From an uncultured Candidatus Saccharibacteria bacterium (GTDB lineage: Bacteria; Patescibacteriota; Minisyncoccia; Phycocordibacterales; UBA9973), in NCBI GenBank assembly GCA_964639185.1, contig CAZXCN010000005.1:1-60943 (forward strand): a stretch of DNA of 60,943 nt, given 5' to 3'. The stretch's first letter is position 1. Each line of letters starts with the position of its first letter. A model generated the notes under the pieces. That model saw nothing but the letters and a program-made list of their open reading frames with translations. It ran no database searches and had not been told where the DNA came from. Made by a program: the position numbers and the translations under genes. This document shows positions 1 through 9,495 of this stretch, one piece after another.

Positions 1-1
1 T

Positions 2-439
2 GTTGTATCTGGTGGTCGCCGTATGAGCTTTGCTGTTGCATTGGCTATTGGTGACAAGAAAGGTTCAATAGGTCTTGGTACAGGTAAAGCAAATGATACA
101 TCTCTTGCTATTGCAAAAGCTCTACGTTCTGCTCGCAAGAATATGTTCAAAATCAAAGCAACAAAGGAAATGTCTATCCCTCACGAAACATACGCAAAGT
201 TTTCAAGTTCACGTATATCATTTATGCCTAACCGTGGTAAAGGGTTGGTTGCTGGATCTACTGTTCGTGAAATGCTAATACTTGCAGGATTGAAAAATAT
301 CACAGCAAAAATAAATTCAGGTAGTAAAAATAAACTTAACAATGCTCGTGCTACATACCAAGCTTTGTATGAACTACGTGTAAAAGGTACAAAGGTCATA
401 CCAAAATTCGAAGCAGCACCTGCCGAAGTAACTAAATAA
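2..439 (+). CDS. rpsE: 30S ribosomal protein S5 (5' end cut by window edge)
   Basis: Frame is open from base 2 (VVSGGRRMSFAVALAIGD...). The GRR-x-SF..VGD core and C-terminal LAGLKNI...NNARATY are S5-like. Canonical position upstream of L15/SecY. Confidence 0.9.
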   Translation, partial: VVSGGRRMSFAVALAIGDKKGSIGLGTGKANDTSLAIAKALRSARKNMFKIKATKEMSIPHETYAKFSSSRISFMPNRGKGLVAGSTVREMLILAGLKNITAKINSGSKNKLNNARATYQALYELRVKGTKVIPKFEAAPAEVTK

Positions 440-448
440 TAAATTTTT

Positions 449-877
449 ATGCAAACAAACGAATTAAAAAGAAAGACACCAAATAAAAAGAAGAAGCTAG
501 TAGGCCGTGGGGGAACTCGTGGTAAGACTTCAGGCCGTGGTACAAAAGGTCAGAATGCTCGTGCTGGTCACAAGAAGCGTCCAGAAATTCGTGACATGAT
601 AAAGAAGTTGCCAAAGCTTCGTGGTTACCGATTTAATTCTACTGAACAAAAGCCGTTGGCTGTTAATGTTTCAGCTCTAAATATTTTTGACAATGGTGCT
701 ACTGTAACTCGCACTGATTTACTAAAAGCAAACTTGGTTCGCCGTGTTGGTGGTAAATTACCATTTATAAAAATCTTGGGTACAGGTGATATCTCAAAAA
801 AGCTAAATATAGAGGGTTGTGTTGTGTCAGCTTCTGCAAAGATGAAAATTGAGGCTGCAGGTGGTACAATAAAGTAA
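449..877 (+). CDS. rplO: 50S ribosomal protein L15
   Basis: Gly/Arg/Lys-rich N-terminus (GRGGTRGKTSGRGTKGQNARAGH) and LPKLRGYRF motif typical of L15. Lies between S5 and SecY. Confidence 0.9.
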   Translation: MQTNELKRKTPNKKKKLVGRGGTRGKTSGRGTKGQNARAGHKKRPEIRDMIKKLPKLRGYRFNSTEQKPLAVNVSALNIFDNGATVTRTDLLKANLVRRVGGKLPFIKILGTGDISKKLNIEGCVVSASAKMKIEAAGGTIK

Positions 878-2148
878 TGGAAAAAGTTTTACAAAAAATC
901 AAAACACTTTTTACTGATAAAGCTCTACGCAAGCGTATTCTGTTTGTGTTAGGAGCTTTTATTGTATTTCGATTACTATCATCTATCCCTATCCCAGGTG
1001 TAGATACTGTCCGTTTAAATCAATTACTTCAAAATAACCAACTACTAGGTGCGTTCAACGTATTTTCTGGAGGAGGTTTATCACACTTGTCTATCATCAT
1101 GCTTGGTGTAGGGCCATATATTACTGGTTCTATCATTATGCAGTTAATGACCATGATGATCCCAAGACTGAAAGCAATGTATCAAGAGGAGGGGGAAATA
1201 GGCCGCAAGAAATTTACACAATACGGTCGTATTGTAACTGTACCTTTAGCTGTTATTCAAGGTGTTAGTCTTATCGCATTACTTTCAAAGCAGGGTGTGT
1301 TGGTTGATCTAACAGCTTTCCAGATGATTGCAAATGTTTCTGTTGTTGTTGCCGGTTCTATGTTGATAATGTGGATCGGTGAGTTGATTTCAGAATACGG
1401 TATTGGTAATGGTGTGTCACTTATAATCTTTGCAGGTATTGTATCTGCTATACCATCAAATATTGCACAATTTTTATTTACTTTTGATATTAGTCATTTG
1501 CCAATGTATCTATTATTCCTAGCAGTAGGGGTGTTGATAATAGTTGGTGTAGTTGTTATTACTGAAGCCGAGCGTCCAATTCCAGTCACATATGCAAAGC
1601 AAGTACGCGGGACTTCTGTTTCAGGAGGAACAAAAACATATATTCCACTACGTATAAATCAGGCAGGTGTTATCCCTATAATCTTTGCATTATCTATACT
1701 CATGTTCCCTCAACTACTTGGTAATTTATTTGCTACTTCAAGTAGTGAAACTCTACAGAGTATCTCACGTGGTTTACTATGGTTCATACAGAATACATGG
1801 TTGTATTCATTGACTTACTTTATATTTGTATTTTTGTTTACTTATTTTTATACAGCAGTTACATTTGATCCAAAGCAAATTGCTGAGAACTTGCAAAAGA
1901 GTGGTGCGTTTATTGATGGTATTCGCCCAGGTCAAGCAACAATAGACTATATAGCAAAGATCCTAACACGTATCACTCTTGTGGGTGCTGTGTTCCTAGG
2001 TCTTATCGCTGTATTACCATTAGTCATGAAAGCTATCACAGGTATAACAAGCTTTGCTCTTGGTGGTACTGCATTGCTCATCGTTGTTTCTGTAGTATTA
2101 GATTTGATTAAAAAGGTTGAAGCTCAACTCTCTATGCGAGAGTATTAA
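877..2148 (+). CDS. secY: preprotein translocase subunit SecY
   Basis: 423 aa with about 10 hydrophobic segments. Has SecY-like motifs (GVGPYITGSIIMQL, ISEYGIGNGVSLIIFAGI, INQAGVIPIIFA). Start overlaps the L15 stop (TAATG). Confidence 0.95.
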   Translation: MEKVLQKIKTLFTDKALRKRILFVLGAFIVFRLLSSIPIPGVDTVRLNQLLQNNQLLGAFNVFSGGGLSHLSIIMLGVGPYITGSIIMQLMTMMIPRLKAMYQEEGEIGRKKFTQYGRIVTVPLAVIQGVSLIALLSKQGVLVDLTAFQMIANVSVVVAGSMLIMWIGELISEYGIGNGVSLIIFAGIVSAIPSNIAQFLFTFDISHLPMYLLFLAVGVLIIVGVVVITEAERPIPVTYAKQVRGTSVSGGTKTYIPLRINQAGVIPIIFALSILMFPQLLGNLFATSSSETLQSISRGLLWFIQNTWLYSLTYFIFVFLFTYFYTAVTFDPKQIAENLQKSGAFIDGIRPGQATIDYIAKILTRITLVGAVFLGLIAVLPLVMKAITGITSFALGGTALLIVVSVVLDLIKKVEAQLSMREY

Positions 2149-2150
2149 AA

Positions 2151-2176
2151 AATCCTCCTAAATGGAGGATTTTTTA
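2151..2176 (+). terminator. intrinsic terminator after secY
   Basis: ATCCTCC-TAAAT-GGAGGAT hairpin followed by a T-run. Confidence 0.6.
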
Positions 2177-2313
2177 ATGTTAGGATTTTAGTATATAATA
2201 ACCACGTATGAATCCCGATAGAAATTTATCAGATTTTTATAGTTAAAATATTCTGTAGGGGAGTCTTATAAAGTTAAATTATAATTTTTATTAATTAATA
2301 AATTTCACACGGG

Positions 2314-2910
2314 ATGAATAATACACCACACACATTTGTTTTCTTTGGTATCGTAGGCTCTGGCAAGGGAACTCAGGTAGAACTATTGCAGAAATATTTA
2401 AAGGATCATAATTTATCTAATGATGTATTATTTACTTCTACTGGCAATGAATATCGGAAAGTAGTAGAGAGTGGTAGCTATACTGGTAAATTAGTAAAGG
2501 AAACTTTGGAAAAGGGTCACCTTCAACCAAACTTTCTAACAATTAGTTTATTTACAAATATTCTAATAGCTAATATGAATGAAAACACTTCTTTCATTGC
2601 GGACGGGTATCCTCGCACTATTGCTCAATCAGAAGCTTTTGAAAGTGCAATGAATTTTTATAATCGCGACGAGGTGCATGTAATATATATAGAGCTTGAT
2701 AAGGATGAAGCTACCAAGCGCATGAAGCTTCGTGGACGAAGTGACGATACTGATGAAGGTATAGCAAAGCGTTTCGATGAATACATAAACAATGTTATTC
2801 CTTCTATGAATTACTTTAAAGATTTAAAGAATTACAGGATGCATACTATCAATGGTGCTCAGTCTATCGAACAAGTTCATGCTGATATAATTAAATCACT
2901 TGGCCTATAA
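2314..2910 (+). CDS. adk: adenylate kinase (short-lid type)
   Basis: P-loop GIVGSGKGTQ, DGYPRT motif, RGRSDD lid segment. Canonical position after secY. Confidence 0.9.
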   Translation: MNNTPHTFVFFGIVGSGKGTQVELLQKYLKDHNLSNDVLFTSTGNEYRKVVESGSYTGKLVKETLEKGHLQPNFLTISLFTNILIANMNENTSFIADGYPRTIAQSEAFESAMNFYNRDEVHVIYIELDKDEATKRMKLRGRSDDTDEGIAKRFDEYINNVIPSMNYFKDLKNYRMHTINGAQSIEQVHADIIKSLGL

Positions 2911-2911
2911 T

Positions 2912-3598
2912 ATGCAGAACGATAAATACATTGTTATATCACTTGGGGGGTCACTCATAGTTCCAGACAATGTAGCTTGTGATTTTATAAAAGATTTTAC
3001 TTTGTTGGTGAAGAATCATGTAAGTAATGGTTTTAAATTTGTAATTATAACTGGTGGTGGACACACTGCTCGCACATATATTGAAGCCTCAAAAGCTATA
3101 GGGGATAGTACCAATGCAGATCTGGATTGGATCGGTATAGCTTGTACACGTTTGAACTCAGAGCTTCTTCGAACTGTGTTCGGTGAATTGGCTTATGAAA
3201 AAGTTGTCCAAGACCCAGATCAGATGCCAGATACCGACAAGCCTATCATTATGTCTGCAGGTTGGAAGCCTGGTAATAGTAGCGACTTGGCTGCTGTGCA
3301 TTGCGCCCAATCTGTTGGTGCACACACTGTCATCAACCTTTCCAATATCGACTATGCTTATGACAAAGACCCAAATAAATTCCCAGATGCAATAAAGATA
3401 GAAAATACTAATTGGGCCGACTTTAGGAAGATATTGCCAGAAGAATGGGATCCAGGACTCAATGCTCCGTTTGACCCAATAGCTGCATGTAAGGCTGAAG
3501 CACTAGGGTTAGAGGTGGTAATAATGAATGGCAAGAACCTATCCAACCTAGAATCTTATCTAAAAGGTGATAAATTCATCGGTACTATTATTCGCTAG
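2912..3598 (+). CDS. pyrH: archaeal-type UMP kinase (amino-acid kinase fold)
   Basis: IVISLGGSLIVPDN and ITGGGHTARTYI motifs, about 228 aa, same layout as archaeal PyrH. ATG at 2912 preferred over the TTG at 2900, which overlaps adk. Confidence 0.7.
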   Translation: MQNDKYIVISLGGSLIVPDNVACDFIKDFTLLVKNHVSNGFKFVIITGGGHTARTYIEASKAIGDSTNADLDWIGIACTRLNSELLRTVFGELAYEKVVQDPDQMPDTDKPIIMSAGWKPGNSSDLAAVHCAQSVGAHTVINLSNIDYAYDKDPNKFPDAIKIENTNWADFRKILPEEWDPGLNAPFDPIAACKAEALGLEVVIMNGKNLSNLESYLKGDKFIGTIIR

Positions 3599-3621
3599 AA
3601 TATTGGTATACAATAAAATAT

Positions 3622-5376
3622 ATGGAAACTCGTAATTGTCAGAATTGCAAGAATAGCTTTAATATTGAGCCGGATGATTTTTCCTTCTATCAAAAAATAG
3701 GGGTTCCAGCGCCTACCTTTTGCTCAACATGTCGAGCTGAAAGACGTTTTGCTTTTAGAAATGAAAGGAAATTATTTAAAGCCAAAAGTTTCTTTTCTGG
3801 TGAAAATATCTTTTCACTATATCCACCATCCGCTATTAGAAAAGTAGTCACTGATCAGGAGTGGTTTAGTGATTCATGGGATGCAATGGAATACGGGAGA
3901 GATTTTGATTTTTCACGAGATTTCTTCACACAGTTTTTTGAACTTGAAAGGGATGTGCCTGCATATGCATTGAATATTGAACGAATGGTTGATAGCCCTT
4001 ATGCAGCAAATGCTGCAACATTAAAGAATTGTTACTTAGTTTTTAACTCTAACAGTTCTGAAGATTGTTTGTATGGTAATGATTATTTCTTGTCTAAAAA
4101 TTGTATCGATAATTCTCATGTAAATTCTTCGGAAAAATGCTATGAATGTTTTTGGCTTCATAAATGTTATCAGTGCTATTTTACAATTATGTCAGTTGAT
4201 TCTCATAATTTATGGTTTTCTCGCGATTGTCTTGGTTGTAATAATCTTTTTGGATGTACTAATTTAAGGAAGGCCTCGTATTGTATCTTTAATAAACAAT
4301 ACACAAAAGAAGAATATTTTAAAATTTTGTCTGAAATGAGGCTAGATACTAGGCAGGGTATAAAAGAAGCAGGAGAGAAAGCTAGAATATTTTGGAAAAC
4401 CCAGATAAATAAATATCACCAAGGCCTCCAGAATTTAGACTCTTATGGCTCATATGTCAGCCACTCAAAGAATGTAACCGAATCATATATGGTAAAAGGT
4501 GGCGAGGATGTAAAGTATAGCCAGTACGCTTCTGTCGCTAAGATAAAGGATTGTTATGATTATTCTATTTGGGGTCAGGATGTAGAATTGTGTTATGAGA
4601 CATCTGTGTGTGGTGAAAATATTTATAATGTAAAGTTTGCTTGGGATTGTTGGCCAAATAATAATAATGTGGAATATTCAACACACTTAAAGTCTTGTAG
4701 CGATTGTTTCGGCTGTGTGGGTTTACGCAATAAACAATATTGTATTTTTAACAAACAATACTCCAAAGAGGAATATACAGAATTAAAGAATAAAATTATA
4801 GAACACATGAATACAAACCCGTATTATGATTCACGGGGGTTGGTATATAAATACGGTGAATTTTTCCCTATTGAGTTTGCTTCTTTTGGATATAACAATT
4901 CTTTAGCTATTCAGCATTTTAATCGAGCAAAGGAATATATTTTGGAAAATAATTATGGTTGGATAGAAGAAGAGCCTGGTAAATATACTATTACCAAAAG
5001 AATGAATGAAGTACCAGATTCTATAAAGGATGTAGATGAAAGTATAATTAATGAAATTATAGAATGTGATAAGTGTAGTAGGCCATTTCGTGTAGTTGAT
5101 AATGAGTTTAAGTTTTTGAAAAATGAAAATTTACCAATTCCACCTAACTGTAGCGAATGTCGACATGAAAACAGAATTGCAGATAGATTTAAAATACATT
5201 TATACGACGGTCATTGTATGTGCAATGGGGTAGAAGATGAAATAGGTCATTTTAAAAATACAACCAAACACGATCATGGGGATACTCATTGTACTAATAA
5301 ATTCAGGACAGGATTCAATCCAAAAGATGGAGATATAGTGTATTGTGAATCTTGTTACCAGCAAGAGGTGGTATAG
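3622..5376 (+). CDS. Cys-rich protein with two zinc-ribbon-like modules and an internally duplicated core, function unknown
   Basis: C6-x2-C9-x24-C34-x2-C37-R and C482-x2-C485-x24-C510-x2-C513-R have identical spacing. Two copies of ...C-x-G-C...YCIFNKQY(T/S)KEEY sit at about aa 220 and 373. Confidence 0.6.
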   Translation: METRNCQNCKNSFNIEPDDFSFYQKIGVPAPTFCSTCRAERRFAFRNERKLFKAKSFFSGENIFSLYPPSAIRKVVTDQEWFSDSWDAMEYGRDFDFSRDFFTQFFELERDVPAYALNIERMVDSPYAANAATLKNCYLVFNSNSSEDCLYGNDYFLSKNCIDNSHVNSSEKCYECFWLHKCYQCYFTIMSVDSHNLWFSRDCLGCNNLFGCTNLRKASYCIFNKQYTKEEYFKILSEMRLDTRQGIKEAGEKARIFWKTQINKYHQGLQNLDSYGSYVSHSKNVTESYMVKGGEDVKYSQYASVAKIKDCYDYSIWGQDVELCYETSVCGENIYNVKFAWDCWPNNNNVEYSTHLKSCSDCFGCVGLRNKQYCIFNKQYSKEEYTELKNKIIEHMNTNPYYDSRGLVYKYGEFFPIEFASFGYNNSLAIQHFNRAKEYILENNYGWIEEEPGKYTITKRMNEVPDSIKDVDESIINEIIECDKCSRPFRVVDNEFKFLKNENLPIPPNCSECRHENRIADRFKIHLYDGHCMCNGVEDEIGHFKNTTKHDHGDTHCTNKFRTGFNPKDGDIVYCESCYQQEVV

Positions 5377-5419
5377 GCTCGGGGTTGTGTAAATCCTTTA
5401 TTTTGGTAGTATAAGCCTA

Positions 5420-6187
5420 ATGGCAATACGCATTAAGACTAAAGAGGAAATAGAGATACTTCGTGAAGGGGGCAGGAGGCTGGCCTCTATTTTGGCGAAA
5501 GTGGGGACTATGGTTGCCCCTGGGGTTACTACAATGGAGCTCGATGAATATGCCTATAAATTAATCAAAGAGGGTGGTGATGAGCCAGCCTTTCTGAATT
5601 ACAAGCCCGAGGGGCACCGTAAGGCTTTCCCAGCATCACTGTGTACATCGGTGAATACTGAAGTTGTTCATGGGATTCCTGGTAAAAATATAATTTTAAA
5701 AGAAGGTGACATAATATCTATAGACCTAGGCATCAAACACAAAGGTCTTTTTACTGACCACGCTATTACTGTACCTGTAGGGAAAATTTCAAAGAAAGAT
5801 CAACAATTATTAGATGACACAAAAGAGGCTCTTGATATTGGTATCTGGGCAGCAAAGTATGGGAATACGGTAGGGGATATTGGTTATGCTATTGAGCAAT
5901 TTGTTCACAAGCGTTATGGTATTATCCGTGAGCTTTCAGGTCATGGTGTTGGTATAGAGATACACGAGGATCCATATATCCCGAATTTCGGTAAAGCAGG
6001 TAAAGGGGTAAAATTAATTCCTGGTATGGTTATTGCTATTGAACCAATGCTGACAATTGGCAAGGAGAGCATAATGGTTGCTGACGATGGATATACAATA
6101 CGTACTACTGATGGATCACGCGCAGCACACTTCGAACATACAATACTTATCACTAAAGACGAACCCGAAATTCTAACCTCTTTTTAA
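5420..6187 (+). CDS. map: type I methionine aminopeptidase
   Basis: Metal-ligand contexts (DIISIDLG, TDHAITV, GHGVGIEIHE, IAIEPM, HFEHT) typical of MAP. Confidence 0.95.
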   Translation: MAIRIKTKEEIEILREGGRRLASILAKVGTMVAPGVTTMELDEYAYKLIKEGGDEPAFLNYKPEGHRKAFPASLCTSVNTEVVHGIPGKNIILKEGDIISIDLGIKHKGLFTDHAITVPVGKISKKDQQLLDDTKEALDIGIWAAKYGNTVGDIGYAIEQFVHKRYGIIRELSGHGVGIEIHEDPYIPNFGKAGKGVKLIPGMVIAIEPMLTIGKESIMVADDGYTIRTTDGSRAAHFEHTILITKDEPEILTSF

Positions 6188-6211
6188 TTTTGATGTTATA
6201 ATTAAAATGTA

Positions 6212-8935
6212 ATGGAAACATTTAATTTTAATAATGCTCCAAAATTTAAAAACCCTGAGGAAGAGTTAACTTATCTGCGCGCACAACTTGCCGAAAAAGA
6301 AACAGCTTTGGATAAAGCTGGTGAATATGTACACAAAGAGGGATTAGCCCACGATGCCATAGCTTTATATAAAAAGATATCTCCATCTGAAGTAATGCAC
6401 CCAAGTGCTGTGATACCCGATAAAGAAGTCAATGCTCTGGTGTTGCGTTTGAAGCCTGAACCTCATGATTCTAAAATGGAGGAATTGCTGGGCATATTAT
6501 TGAACAAAGGTGTCAGTAATGCATTGGCAGTCGTTGCCCACATGCAGAACCCACACCTAGACGATGATTTTCATCGATTCTTGGTTCAGTATTTACATAG
6601 TACACATAAAGTTCCGGGTTTAAATGAAGGGACTCCATTATTTAAATCACTCGATATGAAATTGTTCGAGATCACTCTGCCTGAACCAACCGAAGATAAC
6701 AAGAAAGGTTTAAGGGAATTATTGTCGGCTATGGAACAATTCTATGCAGGTATGCACTCAGTAGGTGAAGGACGTCATAATTATAATCGTAACCATTTTA
6801 CACTCGAAATAGCTATTCCTGAAGGTAGCGAGCAATTCATATTTTATACTTCCGTTCCTACTCATAAAGCCGATCTTTTTGAAAAACAAATATTGGGTGT
6901 GCATTCACATGCAAAAGTTGTAGAGGTTACCGATGATTATAATATTTTTAATGCTCATAGCGCTATTGCTGGATCATATGCAAAGCTTGCTCATAATGAT
7001 GTGTATCCTATAAAATTATATGACAATATAGATTATGACCCACTAAATATTATTTTAAATGTATTTTCTAAAATAAAGAAAACTGGCGAAGGTGCTGCAA
7101 TACAGTTCACTATTTGCCCTGAGGATGATGAAGTTATAAAGGATCTTCATATTGCTCTTGAGGATGTAAAGAGTGGCATGTCGGTACGTACAGCCCGCTC
7201 GGTAGTACGACAATTCGGCAAAGAGTTTGGCCTGCTCGCAAAGGATATGATACTGGGTGCAAAGAATCATAAAGTTCCAGAAAAAAAGGTCAATGACCGT
7301 GCTGTTGCGGCTATAACAGAAAAGGTAAAGAGTACAATAATGGCTACGAATATTCGTATCATCACATCTGCTGATACTGAAATCAGGGCAAAACAAATGC
7401 TCTCTGATATCGAAAGTTCTTTCAACCAATTCACTGATAGTGATCGTAATGGATTTAATTTTTATCATCCAACAGGTGAGAGCCTTACTCATCTTGTACA
7501 CGACTATTCATATCGAACATTTTCAGAAGGATATCATATGCCATTAAATTTAAAAGAGTTGGCAACAATATTCCACTTCCCATATGGTATTGATAGTTCT
7601 TCACAATTAAAACAAGCAAAGGCCGGTATTGCCCCAGCCCCTATAGAAATGAGTGGCGAGGGTATTATAATAGGGCACAATGATTATCGTGGGGTTGATA
7701 CAAAGGTGCATTTTGCTTCCGAGGACCGTATGCGTCATTTCTATGTATTAGGTCAGACAGGTACAGGTAAGACCACAATAATGAAGAATATGATAGCACA
7801 GGATATTGCAGCTGGTCACGGTGTATGTTATATAGACCCACACGGTACTGATATCCAAGACATACTTAGCTATGTTCCAAAAGAACGTATTGACGATGTA
7901 ATATATTTTGACCCTGCATATACAGCTCGACCGATGGGGCTCAATATGCTTGAATTCGATCCACGTTATCCCGAGCAGAAGACTTTCGTTGTAAATGAAT
8001 TGATGGGTATATTCAACAAGCTTTTTGATATGAAGACATCTGGAGGTCCAATGTTCGAACAGTATTTCAAGAACTCAGCATTCCTAATAATGGAGGACCC
8101 CGAAAGTGGTTGTACCTTATTAGAAATATCACGTGTACTTTCTGATAAAGCATTTCGGGATATGAAATTATCTAGATGTAAAAATCCAATAATCAAACAA
8201 TTTTGGATGAATGCCGAGCAGACTACCGGCGACCAATCGCTTGCGAACTTTGTACCATACCTTACATCTAAATTCGACAATTTTATTTCTAATGACATCA
8301 TGCGCCCAGTGGTTCTGCAAGAAAAATCTGTATTTAATTTCCGTGAGATAATGGATAACAAGAAGATATTACTCGTGAATCTTTCAAAGGGGCGCCTAGG
8401 TGATATAAATGCCAACTTGATTGGTATGTTACTTGTGGGCAAGATACAGATGGCGGCACTTTCTCGAGTAGATATGTATGGGCAAAAGATGAACGACTTC
8501 TTTCTTTATATTGATGAGTTCCAGAATGTTACAACAAATTCTATCGAATCAATTTTATCTGAAGCTCGTAAATATCGATTGTCTTTAACTGTTGCGCATC
8601 AATACATTACACAGCTTGATGATAAAATAAAGAATGCAGTATTTGGTAACGTAGGTTCACTTGCTGTATTTCGTGTAGGTGCCGAAGATGCTGAATTTTT
8701 AGAGAGTAAGTTCAAGCCTGTATTTACTGCCAAAGATATCATGAAGATTGATAATAGGAATGCATATGTAAGTATGCTTATTAATGGCCAGCCGACAAAG
8801 CCATTTAATATTGCAACTTACGCACCACCGGTAGGCAATATGGGAATGGTAGAATCACTCAAAGAGCTTTCGTATCTAAAATATGGTCGCGACCGCGACG
8901 AAGTCGAAAATGAAATAATGGATAAATACAAGTAA
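6212..8935 (+). CDS. TraD/VirD4-like (type IV coupling protein / FtsK-HerA superfamily) P-loop ATPase with a large unassigned N-terminal region
   Basis: Walker A VLGQTGTGKTT, Walker B-like FFLYIDEFQNV, then SLTVAHQYITQL in the C-terminal ~400 aa. I recognise no motif in the first ~500 aa. Confidence 0.6.
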   Translation: METFNFNNAPKFKNPEEELTYLRAQLAEKETALDKAGEYVHKEGLAHDAIALYKKISPSEVMHPSAVIPDKEVNALVLRLKPEPHDSKMEELLGILLNKGVSNALAVVAHMQNPHLDDDFHRFLVQYLHSTHKVPGLNEGTPLFKSLDMKLFEITLPEPTEDNKKGLRELLSAMEQFYAGMHSVGEGRHNYNRNHFTLEIAIPEGSEQFIFYTSVPTHKADLFEKQILGVHSHAKVVEVTDDYNIFNAHSAIAGSYAKLAHNDVYPIKLYDNIDYDPLNIILNVFSKIKKTGEGAAIQFTICPEDDEVIKDLHIALEDVKSGMSVRTARSVVRQFGKEFGLLAKDMILGAKNHKVPEKKVNDRAVAAITEKVKSTIMATNIRIITSADTEIRAKQMLSDIESSFNQFTDSDRNGFNFYHPTGESLTHLVHDYSYRTFSEGYHMPLNLKELATIFHFPYGIDSSSQLKQAKAGIAPAPIEMSGEGIIIGHNDYRGVDTKVHFASEDRMRHFYVLGQTGTGKTTIMKNMIAQDIAAGHGVCYIDPHGTDIQDILSYVPKERIDDVIYFDPAYTARPMGLNMLEFDPRYPEQKTFVVNELMGIFNKLFDMKTSGGPMFEQYFKNSAFLIMEDPESGCTLLEISRVLSDKAFRDMKLSRCKNPIIKQFWMNAEQTTGDQSLANFVPYLTSKFDNFISNDIMRPVVLQEKSVFNFREIMDNKKILLVNLSKGRLGDINANLIGMLLVGKIQMAALSRVDMYGQKMNDFFLYIDEFQNVTTNSIESILSEARKYRLSLTVAHQYITQLDDKIKNAVFGNVGSLAVFRVGAEDAEFLESKFKPVFTAKDIMKIDNRNAYVSMLINGQPTKPFNIATYAPPVGNMGMVESLKELSYLKYGRDRDEVENEIMDKYK

Positions 8936-8942
8936 TAATAAA

Positions 8943-9494
8943 ATGCGAGAAATAGAAGTAAAATTAAAAGTAAATAATTTAAAAGAATTAGAAGATAATC
9001 TTGTAAATCATGGGTGTGTACTTTCTGATCCTGTAGTTCAGCGTGATGTTATATATTCTTATATGGGTACAAAAGATGAATTTAGAGGCAAAATGAAAGA
9101 CGGTGATATTATATTTAGGATTAGATATACTTCTGATTCAGCCATACTTACATTAAAAAAACAAAGATCTTATGAAATGGATAACTTGGAGTATGAGACA
9201 AAAGTTGGAAGCCCAGAGGATATGCATAATATTCTTATGATACTTAATCATATACCCGCAGTTGAAGTTACTAAATCAAGACGCAAAGGACGATTTGAGG
9301 GTTACGAAGTCTGCCTTGATGAGGTTGAGCGACTTGGGTCTTTTGTCGAACTTGAAAAGTTAACAAATGACGATGATGATCCAGAATTGGTAATAGAGGA
9401 TTTGTTGCAAAAATTAGAAATGTTAGGACTTTCTCGTAAAGATCAAGTTTTTACAGGTTACGACAGTCAAATATTTGCATTAGATAATAAATAA
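8943..9494 (+). CDS. CYTH-domain protein (triphosphate tunnel metalloenzyme / class IV adenylate cyclase-like)
   Basis: N-terminal E-x-E-x-K signature (REIEVKLKV), about 180 aa. Confidence 0.7.
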   Translation: MREIEVKLKVNNLKELEDNLVNHGCVLSDPVVQRDVIYSYMGTKDEFRGKMKDGDIIFRIRYTSDSAILTLKKQRSYEMDNLEYETKVGSPEDMHNILMILNHIPAVEVTKSRRKGRFEGYEVCLDEVERLGSFVELEKLTNDDDDPELVIEDLLQKLEMLGLSRKDQVFTGYDSQIFALDNK

Positions 9495-9495
9495 A

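Noticed and set aside
7055-8442. Long antisense ORFs inside well-supported genes. Examples: 7055-7501 and 7966-8442 in the ATPase gene, 18275-18763 in purL, 22351-22971 across purN/purD, 24299-24730 in purK, 31141-31509 in ftsH, 55066-55533 in terL, 15445-15906 in the mutase gene.
   Set aside because: Each lies opposite a gene with clear family motifs. Their translations are low-complexity or Ser/Ile/Phe-rich shadow frames with no recognisable motifs.
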